A stretch of DNA of 64,000 nt from an uncultured Chloroflexia bacterium (GTDB lineage Bacteria > Chloroflexota > Anaerolineae > Anaerolineales > E44-bin32), in assembly GCA_963777165.1 (NCBI GenBank), contig CAVZPO010000023.1, forward strand, positions 558,278-622,277, given 5' to 3'. This document shows positions 46,303-56,741 of this stretch, piece after piece. A program made the position numbers and the translations under genes. Under the pieces are notes generated by a model. It was not told where the DNA came from and did no database searches. It was given only the letters and a program-made list of their open reading frames with translations. Within the stretch, counting starts at the first letter, position 1, and each line of letters starts with the position of its first letter.

Positions 46303-46742
46303 AGGAGCCGCAGGCCACCAGACATGCTTGTATGATAGGCCCTAACTGCCGAATTGCACCCTGTGGGGGGCTTGCAAAGGCCTATCAATCCGGCCCCGGG
46401 CGCTTCTTCCCGCAGACCGTAGCCGGCCACTCCCCCGATCGGACGCCCTGGGATTGGCTACAACGATGGTACGTCCTCGAGGGCGGGCGTGCAGAAATGC
46501 GGGCACTGCGCATCTCCAGAGGGCGTTGCTGTGCGGGAGCCGTCACGGCGGAACGAACGGACGGTGGGCGCGCTCGGCACACCAGGGTCGCGTATCGGTA
46601 AGACGACGATGAACGCGGTGGGACACGGCCCGCGCGATCGCCCCCACCGGGGATGTTCATGTGAAGGCGTAACTTCGTGTGAAGCGATCCTTCGCCCCAA
46701 CATGCAGATGAGGACTCCCGCGACGACCTGCGTCCCGCCGCG

Positions 46743-46770
46743 TTGACACGCCCGACCCTCTCGGTATAAT
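46743..46770 (+). promoter_or_regulatory. Consensus sigma70-type promoter for tRNA-Arg
   Basis: TTGACA (46743-46748), a 16-nt spacer, then TATAAT (46765-46770). The tRNA 5' end lies 11 nt downstream. Confidence 0.65.
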
Positions 46771-46780
46771 CCAGGTACAT

Positions 46781-46853
46781 GCCCCCGTAGCTCAATGGAT
46801 AGAGCGCCTGACTTCGAATCAGTAGGTTCCGAGTTCGAATCTCGGCGGGGGCG
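46781..46853 (+). tRNA. tRNA-Arg (anticodon UCG)
   Basis: Manual cloverleaf: acceptor GCCCCCG/CGGGGGC, D-arm GCTC/GAGC, anticodon stem CCTGA/TCAGT (one C-T mismatch at 27-43), loop CTTCGAA, T-arm CCGAG-TTCGAAT-CTCGG, discriminator G. No encoded CCA. Confidence 0.85.
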
Positions 46854-46948
46854 CTCGTCGTGTTCCTGATGCCGCCAGCGCCGCGGCGCAAACGGTCGCA
46901 GCGGCCCTGAGCCCCTCACGGCGTCAGCACTGCCCTGGAGCGCGCAGC

Positions 46949-48262
46949 ATGAACCAGGAGAAGCGCCCCCTCCCCACGACTTCCGGCCGAGGCGACCGTG
47001 GGACGGTCACGGCCGCGAGGGAGATCCTCTCGGGCAAGACCCGTAAGGGTAGGCTTGCCAGGCTGCTCCCATTCCTGGGCCCGGCCTTCATCGCCAGCGT
47101 CGCCTACATGGATCCGGGCAACTTCGCTACCAACATCTCGGCCGGCGCCAAGTTCGGGTACATGCTTCTGTGGGTCGTGCTGGCCTCCAACCTCACAGCG
47201 ATGCTCATCCAGACGCTCTCGGCCAAGTTGGGGATCGCCACCGGTGCCAACCTCGCCGAACAGTGCCGGACGCACTTCCCCCGGCCGGTCGTCCTTTCCA
47301 TGTGGGTGCTCATGGAAATCGTCGCCATGGCCACGGACCTGGCGGAGTTCCTCGGCGCCGCCCTGGGTTTCAATCTGCTCTTCGGGATGCCTCTGTGGCT
47401 CGCCGGTCTGTTGACCGCGGTTGCGACGGTCCTGATCCTGAGCCTGGAGAACTACGGCTTCCGGCCTCTGGAGGCTGTGATCACCGTCATGGTCGGCGTC
47501 GTGGCCGTGTGCTACCTGGTGGAGACGATCATCGACCGCCCTGCCTGGAACCTGGTACTACACGACGCGGTCGTGCCGAGGTTCGCCGGGCCGGAGAGTG
47601 TCGTCCTGGCGGCAGGCATCCTTGGCGCCACCGTGATGCCGCACGCGATCTTCCTGCATTCGGCGCTGACGCAGAACCGGATTGTCACGCGCAACACCGC
47701 CCAACAGCAGCGGGTGCTGCGCTTCGAGATCGTCGATGTGGCGATCGCCATGGGCGCCGCGGGGCTGATCAACATGGCCATGCTCATCATGGCGGCCGCC
47801 ACCTTCTTCAACCAGGGGCTGACGAACATCGGCACGATCGAGGAGGCCCACCGCACGCTTCAGCCGCTGCTCGGGCCAGCGGCCAGCTGGGTGTTCGCCA
47901 TTTCGCTCCTGGCCGCCGGACTCTCCTCGGCCTCGGTCGGAACCATGGCCGGCCAGGTGATCATGCAGGGCTTCCTGCACCAACATATCCCGGCCTGGAT
48001 CCGCAGGCTGGTCACGATGCTGCCGTCGCTGATCGTCATCGCCATCGGCCTCGACCCGACCCGGACCCTGGTGCTCAGCCAGGTCGTGCTGAGCTTCGGC
48101 CTGCCCTTCGCCATCATCCCCCTGGTGCTGTTCACCGCGCGGCGCGATATCATGGGCGCTCTTGTCAACCACCGGCTGACCACGTTTGCCGCCAGCATTG
48201 CGGCGGCGGCGATCGTCGTCCTGAACCTGTACCTGCTCTACCAGACGCTCATCGTGAGGTAG
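46949..48262 (+). CDS. mntH: NRAMP-family divalent metal (Mn2+/Fe2+) transporter
   Basis: GPAFIASVAYMDPGNFATNI (DPGN motif) and GATVMPHAIFLHSAL (MPH motif). 437 aa, about 11 TM. Confidence 0.9.
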   Translation: MNQEKRPLPTTSGRGDRGTVTAAREILSGKTRKGRLARLLPFLGPAFIASVAYMDPGNFATNISAGAKFGYMLLWVVLASNLTAMLIQTLSAKLGIATGANLAEQCRTHFPRPVVLSMWVLMEIVAMATDLAEFLGAALGFNLLFGMPLWLAGLLTAVATVLILSLENYGFRPLEAVITVMVGVVAVCYLVETIIDRPAWNLVLHDAVVPRFAGPESVVLAAGILGATVMPHAIFLHSALTQNRIVTRNTAQQQRVLRFEIVDVAIAMGAAGLINMAMLIMAAATFFNQGLTNIGTIEEAHRTLQPLLGPAASWVFAISLLAAGLSSASVGTMAGQVIMQGFLHQHIPAWIRRLVTMLPSLIVIAIGLDPTRTLVLSQVVLSFGLPFAIIPLVLFTARRDIMGALVNHRLTTFAASIAAAAIVVLNLYLLYQTLIVR

Positions 48263-48265
48263 GCC

Positions 48266-49171
48266 ATGTTCCGACATGTGCTCATTCCCCTCGACGGATC
48301 GCATCTGGCGGAGGCAGCCCTTCCCCCCGCTGCTTCCATCGCCGCCAAGCTCGGTGCGTCGGTGACGATGATCCACGTGATCGAACATCGTCCGCCGGAC
48401 TCAGTCCACAGTGACCGCCACTTGCACGATGTCGACGAAGCCACGCAGTACCTGTCCGAGCTTGCGCGCACGTCTTTCCCGCCCGGTGTGCAGGTCGAGA
48501 CGCACGTCCACACGGCCGAGGTCAGTGATGTGGCCCGCAGCATCGTCGAGCACTCCGATGAGCTCGAGCCGGATCTGATCGTGATGTGCACCCACGGGCG
48601 AAGCGGGCCGCGCGACTTCATGTTCGGCACGATTGCCCAGCAAGTCATCGCGCTCGGCGCCACACCGGTGCTGCTGATCCGCCCCGAGTTCCAGGAACGC
48701 AAGCCGGGGTTTCTGCGAGGGCCCGTCCTCGTGCCGCTGGACGGCCAACCCGATCATGCGCGGTGCCTGCCGCTCGCCGTTGAGTTGGCCAAGCCATTTG
48801 GAGCGCCAATTCACTTGCTCTCAGTCATCCCTACGGTAGGCACCTTGTCGGGTCACGAGGCCGCAACCGGACGCCTGCTCCCCACCGCGACGCGCGCCAT
48901 TCTGGACCTGGAGGAGGAGAACGCGTTGGCCTACCTCGAAGGGCAGGCGGGAGCTCTTCGCAAGGATCAGGTGGAGGTCGAGGCGAGCGTGGTGCGCGGC
49001 GATCCGGCCAGCAAGATCATCGAGGCCGGCGCCGAGCTCCACGCCGGGCTGATCGTCATGGGCGTCCACGGCACGGTGGGAAGCCAGGCCTTCTGGGAGC
49101 GCAGCGTCCCGCCGAAGGTGTCCGCCCGAAGCAGGATCCCCGTGCTCTTGGTCCCCATTCGCGACCGGTAG
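48266..49171 (+). CDS. Tandem universal stress protein (2 x Usp domain)
   Basis: Two repeats of the pattern ..VL(I/V)PLDG(S/Q).......L..A........(I/V)..(I/L)(H/S)V(I).......DLIVM(C/G).HGR/T.G......GS(I/V)...V......PVLL(I/V). Confidence 0.8.
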   Translation: MFRHVLIPLDGSHLAEAALPPAASIAAKLGASVTMIHVIEHRPPDSVHSDRHLHDVDEATQYLSELARTSFPPGVQVETHVHTAEVSDVARSIVEHSDELEPDLIVMCTHGRSGPRDFMFGTIAQQVIALGATPVLLIRPEFQERKPGFLRGPVLVPLDGQPDHARCLPLAVELAKPFGAPIHLLSVIPTVGTLSGHEAATGRLLPTATRAILDLEEENALAYLEGQAGALRKDQVEVEASVVRGDPASKIIEAGAELHAGLIVMGVHGTVGSQAFWERSVPPKVSARSRIPVLLVPIRDR

Positions 49172-49428
49172 TGCCGCGGCCTGGCCCCACCTCTTGATGT
49201 CGTGTGCGCCGGCATGCACCCAACTGGGGAAAGCCCGCAACGCGCCCCTGCCCAGCCCATGCTGAAACATCTTCTCCCGATCGGCGGTCTCCCCTTTCAC
49301 CACGTCTGTCGCCCAGTAGACTGCCCGCATGAGTGCGCTGGGTGGGGTATCATCCCAGCGTGCCGGACAAGCCCGTATCCACTTCCCCGGCCACTGGGTT
49401 TCGCAACCTAGCGCCAGGACACCAGAGC

Positions 49429-50997
49429 ATGACTGTAGCCAGGAGCACGCAGGCAGCGATCGATCGTTGGCCTTGGCTTAGCGCGGCCCCAGCGATCCTG
49501 GTGATCGCCGGCATCGCCGTCCTAGTCTTCCTGACGGAGAACCGCGTGGTCGGCTGGGAGCCCGGGTACAACGAGCTTCAGCCAGCCCATCACGGCTGGG
49601 TGTCGTCGCATACCCTCGCGATCATCAGCCATGCCACGGCGGAGAATGGGTTCGTGGGCTACGCGACGCAATCGATCGATGAATCCGGCCGGCCGGCGTA
49701 TGACTACTTCGATCGCTACCCCGTCTTCTTCAGCGTCGGGATGCACGCCCTGCTGTCCCTGAGAGACAAGGCTTCCACGCAGGTCTACCTGGCGAAGCAG
49801 GCCATGAATGCTGTGTTCCTGCTGACCCTAGTGGCGGCCTACCTCCTCGTCCGCCTCTTGGTCCGCAACTGGGTCTTAGCCGTCCCCGCCGTGCTCCTCT
49901 CGGTCTCGAGCCAATACTTTCTGTTCTACAAGGACATGGTCCATTACGACCAGCCCGCTTTGCTGGGAGTGATCATCGCAATCTACGCCATTGCCAGACA
50001 TCTCAAGCATCCAGTTCGCCCGCTGCTCTTTGCATCCGCAGTGGCGGCCGTCGCCCTGGGCCGAGGGTACGCGACGCTCGCTGTACTGCTGGTTTGGGCG
50101 GGGGTCGAGGCTTGCCGGATCATCCTACGGCGCGGATCCTCATGGCCGTCCAAGGCACGGCAATTCTTCCGCCATGAGTCCCTTCATGTGCTCATCATCG
50201 CCACACTCTGGGCCGCCGCACTCCTTTCCTACAACATCCTCGTCGAAGCCAGGAAGCGGGAGATCCCTCCGGCGGAGACGAGCATCGTCAGCTCGGCCGC
50301 CCAACGGCTGGCTCTGGACCGTCCTTTCAACGAGAGCAACTCCGAAATCCTCAGATGGGACCGGTTTCTTGCCGGTCAGGCCACGAGGATCGTACGCTGG
50401 GTGCTGCCCATCTGGGATTACGACGGTGTCACCTGGCTGGACGCGGTCATGGTTGTTCTTATGCTGGGCACGGTAGCCGTTTACGGCACTCGCCTAGACT
50501 CCCCGGGGAGAACCACTCTGATTCTCATGGTGGTGCCAGGGCTAGTGTGGATGGCCGCCTTGCGCAATCTGACGGCATTCCACGATTACACGACCATGTA
50601 CTATCTGGGGCTTTCGCTCGCGTTCTATATGGCCCTGTTCTCCCTGCTCAGGCCTTCCGTCTGGGCGAGGGGGCTTCTGCTTGTCGGGAGCCTGGCTATC
50701 TTTGTTTACCGCAACGATTCGACCCAGAGACTCCACTACCATCTCGGATCGACGGTCAGCAGCTACACCTGGGACTTCGTCGAGATCGGCAGGCAACTTC
50801 CAGAACACGGCGCGGGGAAATACGTCTACTTCGCGGATCCCATCCCGAAGGCCCCCTACGCCTTTGGCTTCTACCTCCCCGATGCCTACGAGGCTCCTTA
50901 TATGCTGGCCGAGTATGTCGTCAGCGCCAAGTACGACCTCTTTCCTCAGACCCTGACGCCCAACAACACAAGACTTTTTCTGTTCCGCAAACCCTGA
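49429..50997 (+). CDS. Polytopic membrane protein, possibly a GT-C-fold glycosyltransferase
   Basis: About 12 hydrophobic segments with a long first loop. ATG at 49429; the track start at 49333 is a GTG. No diagnostic motif recognised. Confidence 0.4.
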   Translation: MTVARSTQAAIDRWPWLSAAPAILVIAGIAVLVFLTENRVVGWEPGYNELQPAHHGWVSSHTLAIISHATAENGFVGYATQSIDESGRPAYDYFDRYPVFFSVGMHALLSLRDKASTQVYLAKQAMNAVFLLTLVAAYLLVRLLVRNWVLAVPAVLLSVSSQYFLFYKDMVHYDQPALLGVIIAIYAIARHLKHPVRPLLFASAVAAVALGRGYATLAVLLVWAGVEACRIILRRGSSWPSKARQFFRHESLHVLIIATLWAAALLSYNILVEARKREIPPAETSIVSSAAQRLALDRPFNESNSEILRWDRFLAGQATRIVRWVLPIWDYDGVTWLDAVMVVLMLGTVAVYGTRLDSPGRTTLILMVVPGLVWMAALRNLTAFHDYTTMYYLGLSLAFYMALFSLLRPSVWARGLLLVGSLAIFVYRNDSTQRLHYHLGSTVSSYTWDFVEIGRQLPEHGAGKYVYFADPIPKAPYAFGFYLPDAYEAPYMLAEYVVSAKYDLFPQTLTPNNTRLFLFRKP

Positions 50998-51196
50998 TCT
51001 CACCTCGTCGTGTCTGCCCGCCACGGGTTACCGGACACTCGCTGGCGACCCCCAGTATGCCTATGGGAATCCGGGCCGTTCTGACCTCCTGCCGACTATC
51101 GAGGCGCCGCTCTGCGGAGAGGCAACGGAGTGTCGCGTTGCCGCCGGCGCCAACAAGATTCACCGGGTTGAGGCCAATCCAACCAGCCGCCGACCG

Positions 51197-52089
51197 TCAG
51201 ACCTCTCCTCGCATCTCGGAAGACACCCGATCCCAGAGAGTCTCCCCGCCCCAGCCTGAGAAGTAGGGCAGGTCCCCCAGAGCAAAGCGACGGCGAATGA
51301 GGTGTGCGTTAAGGAATGCGTATCGCGCCTCCGTTGAGTCCACTGGCGGCGTTAGGGCGCCGAAGTCTTGCGGGAGGCCCGTAGCACTGAGGATGGCCCA
51401 CACCCTCGACGCCGGCCTGGCGCGGGCTTTCAGGGAAGCCCGGAGTTCCGGCCGTGCGCCCCACTGGCGCCGAATCAGCTCCTGGTGTTCTCGCCAGGCC
51501 TTGGGCTTGAGGCGGTAGTCCGACCAGCACTCACCGGCCACCTGTCCGGACGGATCGATCGACGAGAATGCGGTCAGGATCCGTCGAGACATTGTTGCAT
51601 CGTCGGGAAAGCAGCCCGCTGGTTCGATCACAGATGGGTCGAACTCGTCCAGCAGGACGGCATAGCCCGAAACCGCCAGGGCCGACGCCCGCGCGACATG
51701 GGGCCCGTGCATGGTCAGCCAGGGACCAGCCGCGCCTGGACCCGCCCGATCTGCTCGAGATCAGCGCGCACCTGCCCGGAGGCATCCGGCTCCGCGACGA
51801 TGGCCTCCACCGCCCACCCGGACGCCTGCAGGATTGAATGCACCAGAGGCTTGAGCTCGTCCGGGCCGCGGCGCATCGGCACGGGATCCATCACAAGCCC
51901 CAGCGGGACCTGCGTCGGTGCTTCGACCGAACGCAGGACCTCAGGCAGCCTGCGCACAGCGTTTTCGGCAAAGAGCATCCGCCGTAAGCGGATGGCCTCA
52001 CCGCGCGGGTAGCCGGGCAATCGCTCGATGTCGGGCCAGAAGGCGTGTTCCTGTCCTGGATCGAACCTCCGCATCCTGACCTGTCTCAC
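51197..52089 (-). pseudogene. Divergent glycerol-1-phosphate dehydrogenase (AraM/EgsA)-like gene, interrupted near 51712-51720
   Basis: Two ORFs in different frames abut at a TGA (51715-51717). The C-terminus ...LSATGLPQDFGAL...AFLNAHLIRRRFALGDL resembles the G1PDH C-terminal block (...AHNIRRHRYTILGD in archaeal EgsA, from memory). The expected GGGxxxD nucleotide-binding loop is degenerate (ALAVSGYAVLLD). It follows a HAD-IIA gene, as araL-araM does in Bacillus. Confidence 0.35.
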
Positions 52090-52928
52090 GAACCCGCGGA
52101 GCGCAAGTGATCGGCCACGGCCGCCAGGTCGGCGAAGATCATGTCGGGCTGATGCGGCGATCCTTCTACCTCGGACAAGCGGGTCTCTCCGGAAAGGACG
52201 AGCAGCGTGGTGATCCCGCTGGTCTTCCCCAGGGCGATGTCGGTGTACAGGCGATCGCCGATCATGGCCAGCGCGCCCAGGGGAAGCCCAAGCTTGGCGG
52301 CGGCGGCCTCGACGAACATGCGGCTTGGTTTGCCGACGACCAGGTCGGGTTCACGCCCGGTGGAAGCGCGTACCAGAGCGATCATCGCCCCCACGTCCGG
52401 CATGAACCCGGTGGGCGTCGGGCAGTTGAAGTCGGCATGTGTCGTGATATAGGGCAGACCGGCGCGCACCAGATCGCACAGGCGCCACAGCTTTGCGTAG
52501 GTCAGCGTCGTGTCAAAGCCAAGCACGGCATGCGTCGGGTTGTCGTCGTCCAGGACGACGCCGTGTGCCCGGAACTCCGCATGCAGGGACGGCGGACCCA
52601 GGAGGAAGACGCGCGCCTGCGGATACGCGGCCCGCAGGTGGCGGGCGGTTGCTTCGCCGGAGGTGAAGATCTTCTCACGGTCGACCGGCAGGCCCAGCCG
52701 GGTGATCTTCTCAGCGTAATCGTCCTGGCTGCGGGAAGAATTGTTGGTCAGGAACAGGAAGTCGCGCCCCTGTTCACGCAGCACCTGGATGAACTCGAGT
52801 GCGCCGGGCAGCAGCGACTCACCCAGATAGAAGGTGCCGTCCATGTCCAACAGAAAGCAGCGCACGTGATCGAGGCTCGACCGGCGTGCGGCGTTGGGAG
52901 CGGGGGTCTTGCGGTCCTGATCCGGCAT
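52086..52928 (-). CDS. HAD-IIA family phosphatase (NagD/AraL-like)
   Basis: Motif I FLLDMDGTFY, LTNNSS, GKP, and motif IV MIGDRLYTDI. 280 aa. Confidence 0.8.
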   Translation of the reverse strand: MPDQDRKTPAPNAARRSSLDHVRCFLLDMDGTFYLGESLLPGALEFIQVLREQGRDFLFLTNNSSRSQDDYAEKITRLGLPVDREKIFTSGEATARHLRAAYPQARVFLLGPPSLHAEFRAHGVVLDDDNPTHAVLGFDTTLTYAKLWRLCDLVRAGLPYITTHADFNCPTPTGFMPDVGAMIALVRASTGREPDLVVGKPSRMFVEAAAAKLGLPLGALAMIGDRLYTDIALGKTSGITTLLVLSGETRLSEVEGSPHQPDMIFADLAAVADHLRSAGS

Positions 52929-53134
52929 GCCCTGCCCCCTAGCCCTTCGCCTGGAGCGCGGCTAGGAGCTCCTGGCGCGCCTGGTCCGGCGGCCAGTCGT
53001 CGCGGAGGATGCAGCTGATGGGCGGCGTCATGGAGGCCCGGACTGCGATCAACCGCTTCAGACGGATCAACTTCCCGGTCGACGAGGACATTCCCACCTC
53101 CGTGCGCCGCCGCATGGGCGGGCGTGGTTCGTGC

Positions 53135-54458
53135 CTATGCGCCGAGCAGCAGGATCAGCCCGCCCAGCAGGCGCAGGCCGGCAGCCCCGAGCATCGCCCC
53201 GCGCAGCTCAAAGGTCGCGGCCAGCGACGGCCCAAGCAGCGAGCCGAACAGGATGCCCAGGTTGAGCGCCAGGTTATGAAGCGCCATGTGCGCCGGCCGG
53301 TCGCTATCCGGCACCTTCTCCATCAGCCGGTTCACCAGGGCGGCATTCAGCAGCCCCCAGACCGCCCCGCCCGTCAGCGAGGCCGCCCAGAACAGCGTAG
53401 CGTCCACCGCCAGCCAGGTCAAGAACGGATAGACCGCATACAGCAGCGAACTGACATGCAGCAGCCGGCGGTGCCCCAGCCGATTCGTGATCCGGCGAAG
53501 AGCGATCGAAGTGAAAATCATCGCCACGTAGAACAATGCGCTCCCCAGGCTGATTGCGCCGTCGGTCAGCTTGAGCTCGCGCACCCAGTAGATGGGAAAG
53601 ATGGGGAGCGGGAGGTACTGGAAGGTGTAGAACGCCAGATAGGCGAGAAGAAACTTGCCGAACGGACCTCGCAGCAGGTCCAGGCGCAGCAGACGGCGCC
53701 CATGGGAGCGTGCCAGGAATCGCAGGCCGGCCTCGGGGCGCTCGGCATCGGCCGCACGCAGCGCGCCCGGTCGAGCTGCGTCCAGAAGCGGCTGGTGGAT
53801 TCGCGGCGGAACCTGACCATCCGACGGCGCAGTGAGCCGCCCGATGTGATAGCTGCTGGCGGCCGCCCCGAGTGCGCCGAGTGCGAACACCCATTGATAG
53901 TTAACCGGGAAGCGGACGGTGTCGAGAAGCCCTCCACACACCAACGCGGTCAACGACAGCGTGACAGCCAGGAGGGCGTTGCGGCGGCCAACCACCTGCG
54001 CGCGGAACTCGGGCGGCACCAGGTCGGCGAACAGGGCATTAAAGCTGATCGCCAAGAGTGTGCCGGGGACCGACATGACCAAGAGTCAGCGCGATCAATG
54101 ACCAGATCTGTCCCGCCGGCGCAAACAGGGCCGGCAGAACAATCAGGGCCAGGTAGCCAGCACGTGTCCAGACCGCCGCGTGGTAGCTGGTGCGCACCAG
54201 CTGCCGGCCTTCGAGCCAGTGTCCGAATGGTATCGAGCCGATCAAGTTGACCACAGCCGGGCCAGCGGTCAACAGCGCGATCTGGTACGGCGTGGCTCCC
54301 AGCCGCGTGGCGAAGACCGAGAGGAAGGCCATGCTGCTGGCGGCCAGGACGCCGTACCAGGCGACGTCGTGGAGCAGATGCCGGGAGTTGGCTCGAAGCG
54401 CTGCGGCCTCAGATGGAGCGACGGTAGGAAGCATCAGGGGCAGAACCTGGACGGGCAT
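53135..54458 (-). pseudogene. MFS transporter, one frame change near 54083
   Basis: ORF 54039-54458 (...GQIWSLIALT) continues in the +1 frame as LVMSVPGTLLAISFNALFADLVP... (ORF 53135-54082). The junction ACT-C-TTG-GTC-ATG contains one extra nucleotide. Confidence 0.7.
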
Positions 54459-54827
54459 TCTACTTCCCCGGCGCGCCGACTGCCATACCGAACGCGGCGC
54501 GACTTCTGTCCCGACTCCCGTAGCCCGAACCGACTTCAGTCGCCGGTCGCTTCTGCCCCTCCGAGGCCATATCCGACCAAGTTGACCCTAATCCGGCCCC
54601 TTTCGTCGCCGTCGTTGGCTTCGAAGTCCTTCGGGCCATTCCGCGGTCAGGCTATGCGCAGGATTGGCCCTTTGTTGACCCTCCTTGTCGATGGTGACGA
54701 ATAGCCCGGCAAGCGTAGAAGGGTGTTACGTCAACCCGGAAGCCGGCCGCTATAAACTCAAGTGACCTCTCCGGCGGGTTCCGCGGGACGGACCACTACG
54801 CATGCCGAGAATGGAGCCAAGTCACCG

Positions 54828-55892
54828 ATGAGCTTCAAAGTCATCCCCAAGACCGTGCTCCCGGACTGGGTCGAGCAGATGCGCCGCAACCAGCGCGTCG
54901 TCGGCCCAAAGCCTCTGCACGGCCAACACATCTTCGGCGACATCCAGTCCGCTGCCGAGATCGACCTCGACTACCCCACCACCGTCATCCCGCCCAAGAA
55001 GTACCTGTTCCCACAGCAGGAAGATCTGCTGACCTATCGCATGGACGGCAGCCCTCCCCAGGTCGTTCAGGACGCCGAGCCCACGGTCGTGCTCGGATTG
55101 CACACCTGCGATCTGCACGCCTTGCACCTGCTGGACCGCGTGTTCGCGCAGACCTACGTGGACCAACCGTACATGGCCCGGCGCGAGAAGACGACGCTGG
55201 TCAGCATCGAGTGCCTGCGGCCGTGCATGACGCACTCGTTCTGCAAGAGCATGGGCACCCTTAGCGTGACCGACGGATTCGATCTGCACATGACCGATCT
55301 GGGCGACGACTACGCCGTCGATGTCGGCACCCCGAAAGGTGCGGCGCTGCTGCAGGGACTGCGCGGCGTGCGTGACGCCAGCGACGAAGACAGTCGTCGG
55401 GTCAATCGCGTGATGACCGAGAAGTGGCCGCGCTTCCCCCTGCGGCTGGATTTCGACGTCACCGAGCTGCCGAGCCTGCTTTCGGTCAGCTACGACTCCA
55501 AGTTGTGGGACGAACTCGGGGAACGCTGCCTGGCGTGCGCCATGTGCACCAACGTCTGCCCGACGTGCTACTGCTTCAACGTCGCCGACGAGGTCGAACT
55601 GACGCTGGAAGCCGGCAAGCGCTTCCGCGTCTGGGATTCGTGCCAGCTGGACAAGTTTGCCACCGTGGCCGACGGTCACAACTTCCGCGGCAAGCGTGCC
55701 GCCCGCCAGCGTCATCGGTTCTTCCGCAAGGGCAAGTATCAGACCGATGCCTTCGGGCTGCTCGGGTGCGTGGGATGCGGCCGCTGCGCCCAGGCCTGCC
55801 TGGTCGACATCACGCCCGTCGACACCTTCAACGAGCTGTACCGCCGTCGACACCGCCCGGCCTCCAGCGAGACGAAGGAGGTGGCGGCATGA
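54828..55892 (+). CDS. hydB: Group 3b hydrogenase beta subunit (HydB / AsrA-like Fe-S protein)
   Basis: ATG at 54828 (MSFKVIPKTVL). CLACAMCTNVCPTCYC and CVGCGRCAQAC. First gene of a hydBGDA-type cluster. Confidence 0.75.
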   Translation: MSFKVIPKTVLPDWVEQMRRNQRVVGPKPLHGQHIFGDIQSAAEIDLDYPTTVIPPKKYLFPQQEDLLTYRMDGSPPQVVQDAEPTVVLGLHTCDLHALHLLDRVFAQTYVDQPYMARREKTTLVSIECLRPCMTHSFCKSMGTLSVTDGFDLHMTDLGDDYAVDVGTPKGAALLQGLRGVRDASDEDSRRVNRVMTEKWPRFPLRLDFDVTELPSLLSVSYDSKLWDELGERCLACAMCTNVCPTCYCFNVADEVELTLEAGKRFRVWDSCQLDKFATVADGHNFRGKRAARQRHRFFRKGKYQTDAFGLLGCVGCGRCAQACLVDITPVDTFNELYRRRHRPASSETKEVAA

Positions 55893-56741
55893 ACCAGCCC
55901 CTGCGCGAGACGCTGACCGAGCCGTCCCTGTATCTTCCGACGACGGCCACCATCGCCGACATCCGCACCGAGGGCAAGCGCGAGAAGCTCTTCACCCTCC
56001 AACTGCCTCCGGGGATCTCCCTGGAACATCGACCCGGGCAGTTCGTCGAGGTTTCCCTGCTGGGCGTCGGCGAGGCGCCCGATCAGCATCACCTCCTCCC
56101 CCAGCCGCAGCAACGGGACCTTCGAGCTGTGCGTGCGCAAGGTCGGAGACGTGACCGGCATGCTGCACACGATGAAGACCGGCGACACGATCGGCGTCCG
56201 CGGCCCGTTCGGGCGCGGCTTCCCCATCGAGCGCTTCCGGGGCAAGGACATGCTCTTCGCCCCCGGCGGTCTCGGGCTGGCCCCGCTGCGGTCGCTGATC
56301 AACCAGGTGCTGGATGAGCGCGCCAACTTCGGGCGCGTGATCATCGCCTACGGCGCCCGGGACCCGGGCGAGCTGTTGTTCAAAGACGAACTCGAGCGCT
56401 GGTCGCAGCGCAGCGACATCGAACTGTATCAGACCGTCGATCGGGGCGATGAGAGTTGGACCGGCCCGGTGGGCGTGATCACGACCCTCTTCCCCAAGAT
56501 CGAGGTCCACGCCCGCAACACGGTCGCCGTGACCATCGGACCGCCGGTGATGTACCGCTTCGTCCTGATGGAGCTGCTGGGGAAAGGCATCTCGGAAGGC
56601 AACATCTGGCTCAGCCTCGAGCGGCGCATGAAGTGCGGCGTGGGCAAGTGCGGGCACTGCCAGATCAATCACCTGTACACCTGCCAGTCCGGCCCGTCCT
56701 TCTCCTACGCAGAGATCAAACACCTCGGGGAGGCGCTGTGA
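55889..56741 (+). pseudogene. hydG: Group 3b hydrogenase gamma subunit (HydG / AsrB-like FAD-NAD(P)-[2Fe-2S] protein), one extra nucleotide at 56081
   Basis: Frame 2 reads MNQPL...RPGQFVEVSLLGVGEAP. From 56082, frame 3 reads ISITSSPSRSNGTFELCVRKVGDVTG...GPFGRGF...CGVGKCGHCQ. The sequence gcg ccc G atc agc contains a supernumerary G. Confidence 0.8.

Noticed and set aside
46303-46948. A genomic island or integration hotspot at tRNA-Arg, and a Mn-sensing riboswitch upstream of mntH.
   Set aside because: No integrase, direct repeat of the tRNA 3' end or compositional shift flanks the tRNA. Only about 95 nt separate the tRNA from the mntH start codon, and I could not recognise a yybP-ykoY-like fold by eye.
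51121-51142. Hairpin GGCAACG-N8-CGTTGCC between convergent genes, as a possible terminator.
   Set aside because: It has only a 7-bp stem with an 8-nt loop and no T-tract, so it is too weak to call as a feature.
51712-51717. Interpreting the interrupting TGA codons (here and at 32443-32445 and 43744-43746) as selenocysteine or programmed readthrough.
   Set aside because: In every case the downstream homologous sequence continues in a different frame, not in frame with the TGA. I saw no SECIS-like hairpin, and the affected families are not selenoproteins.
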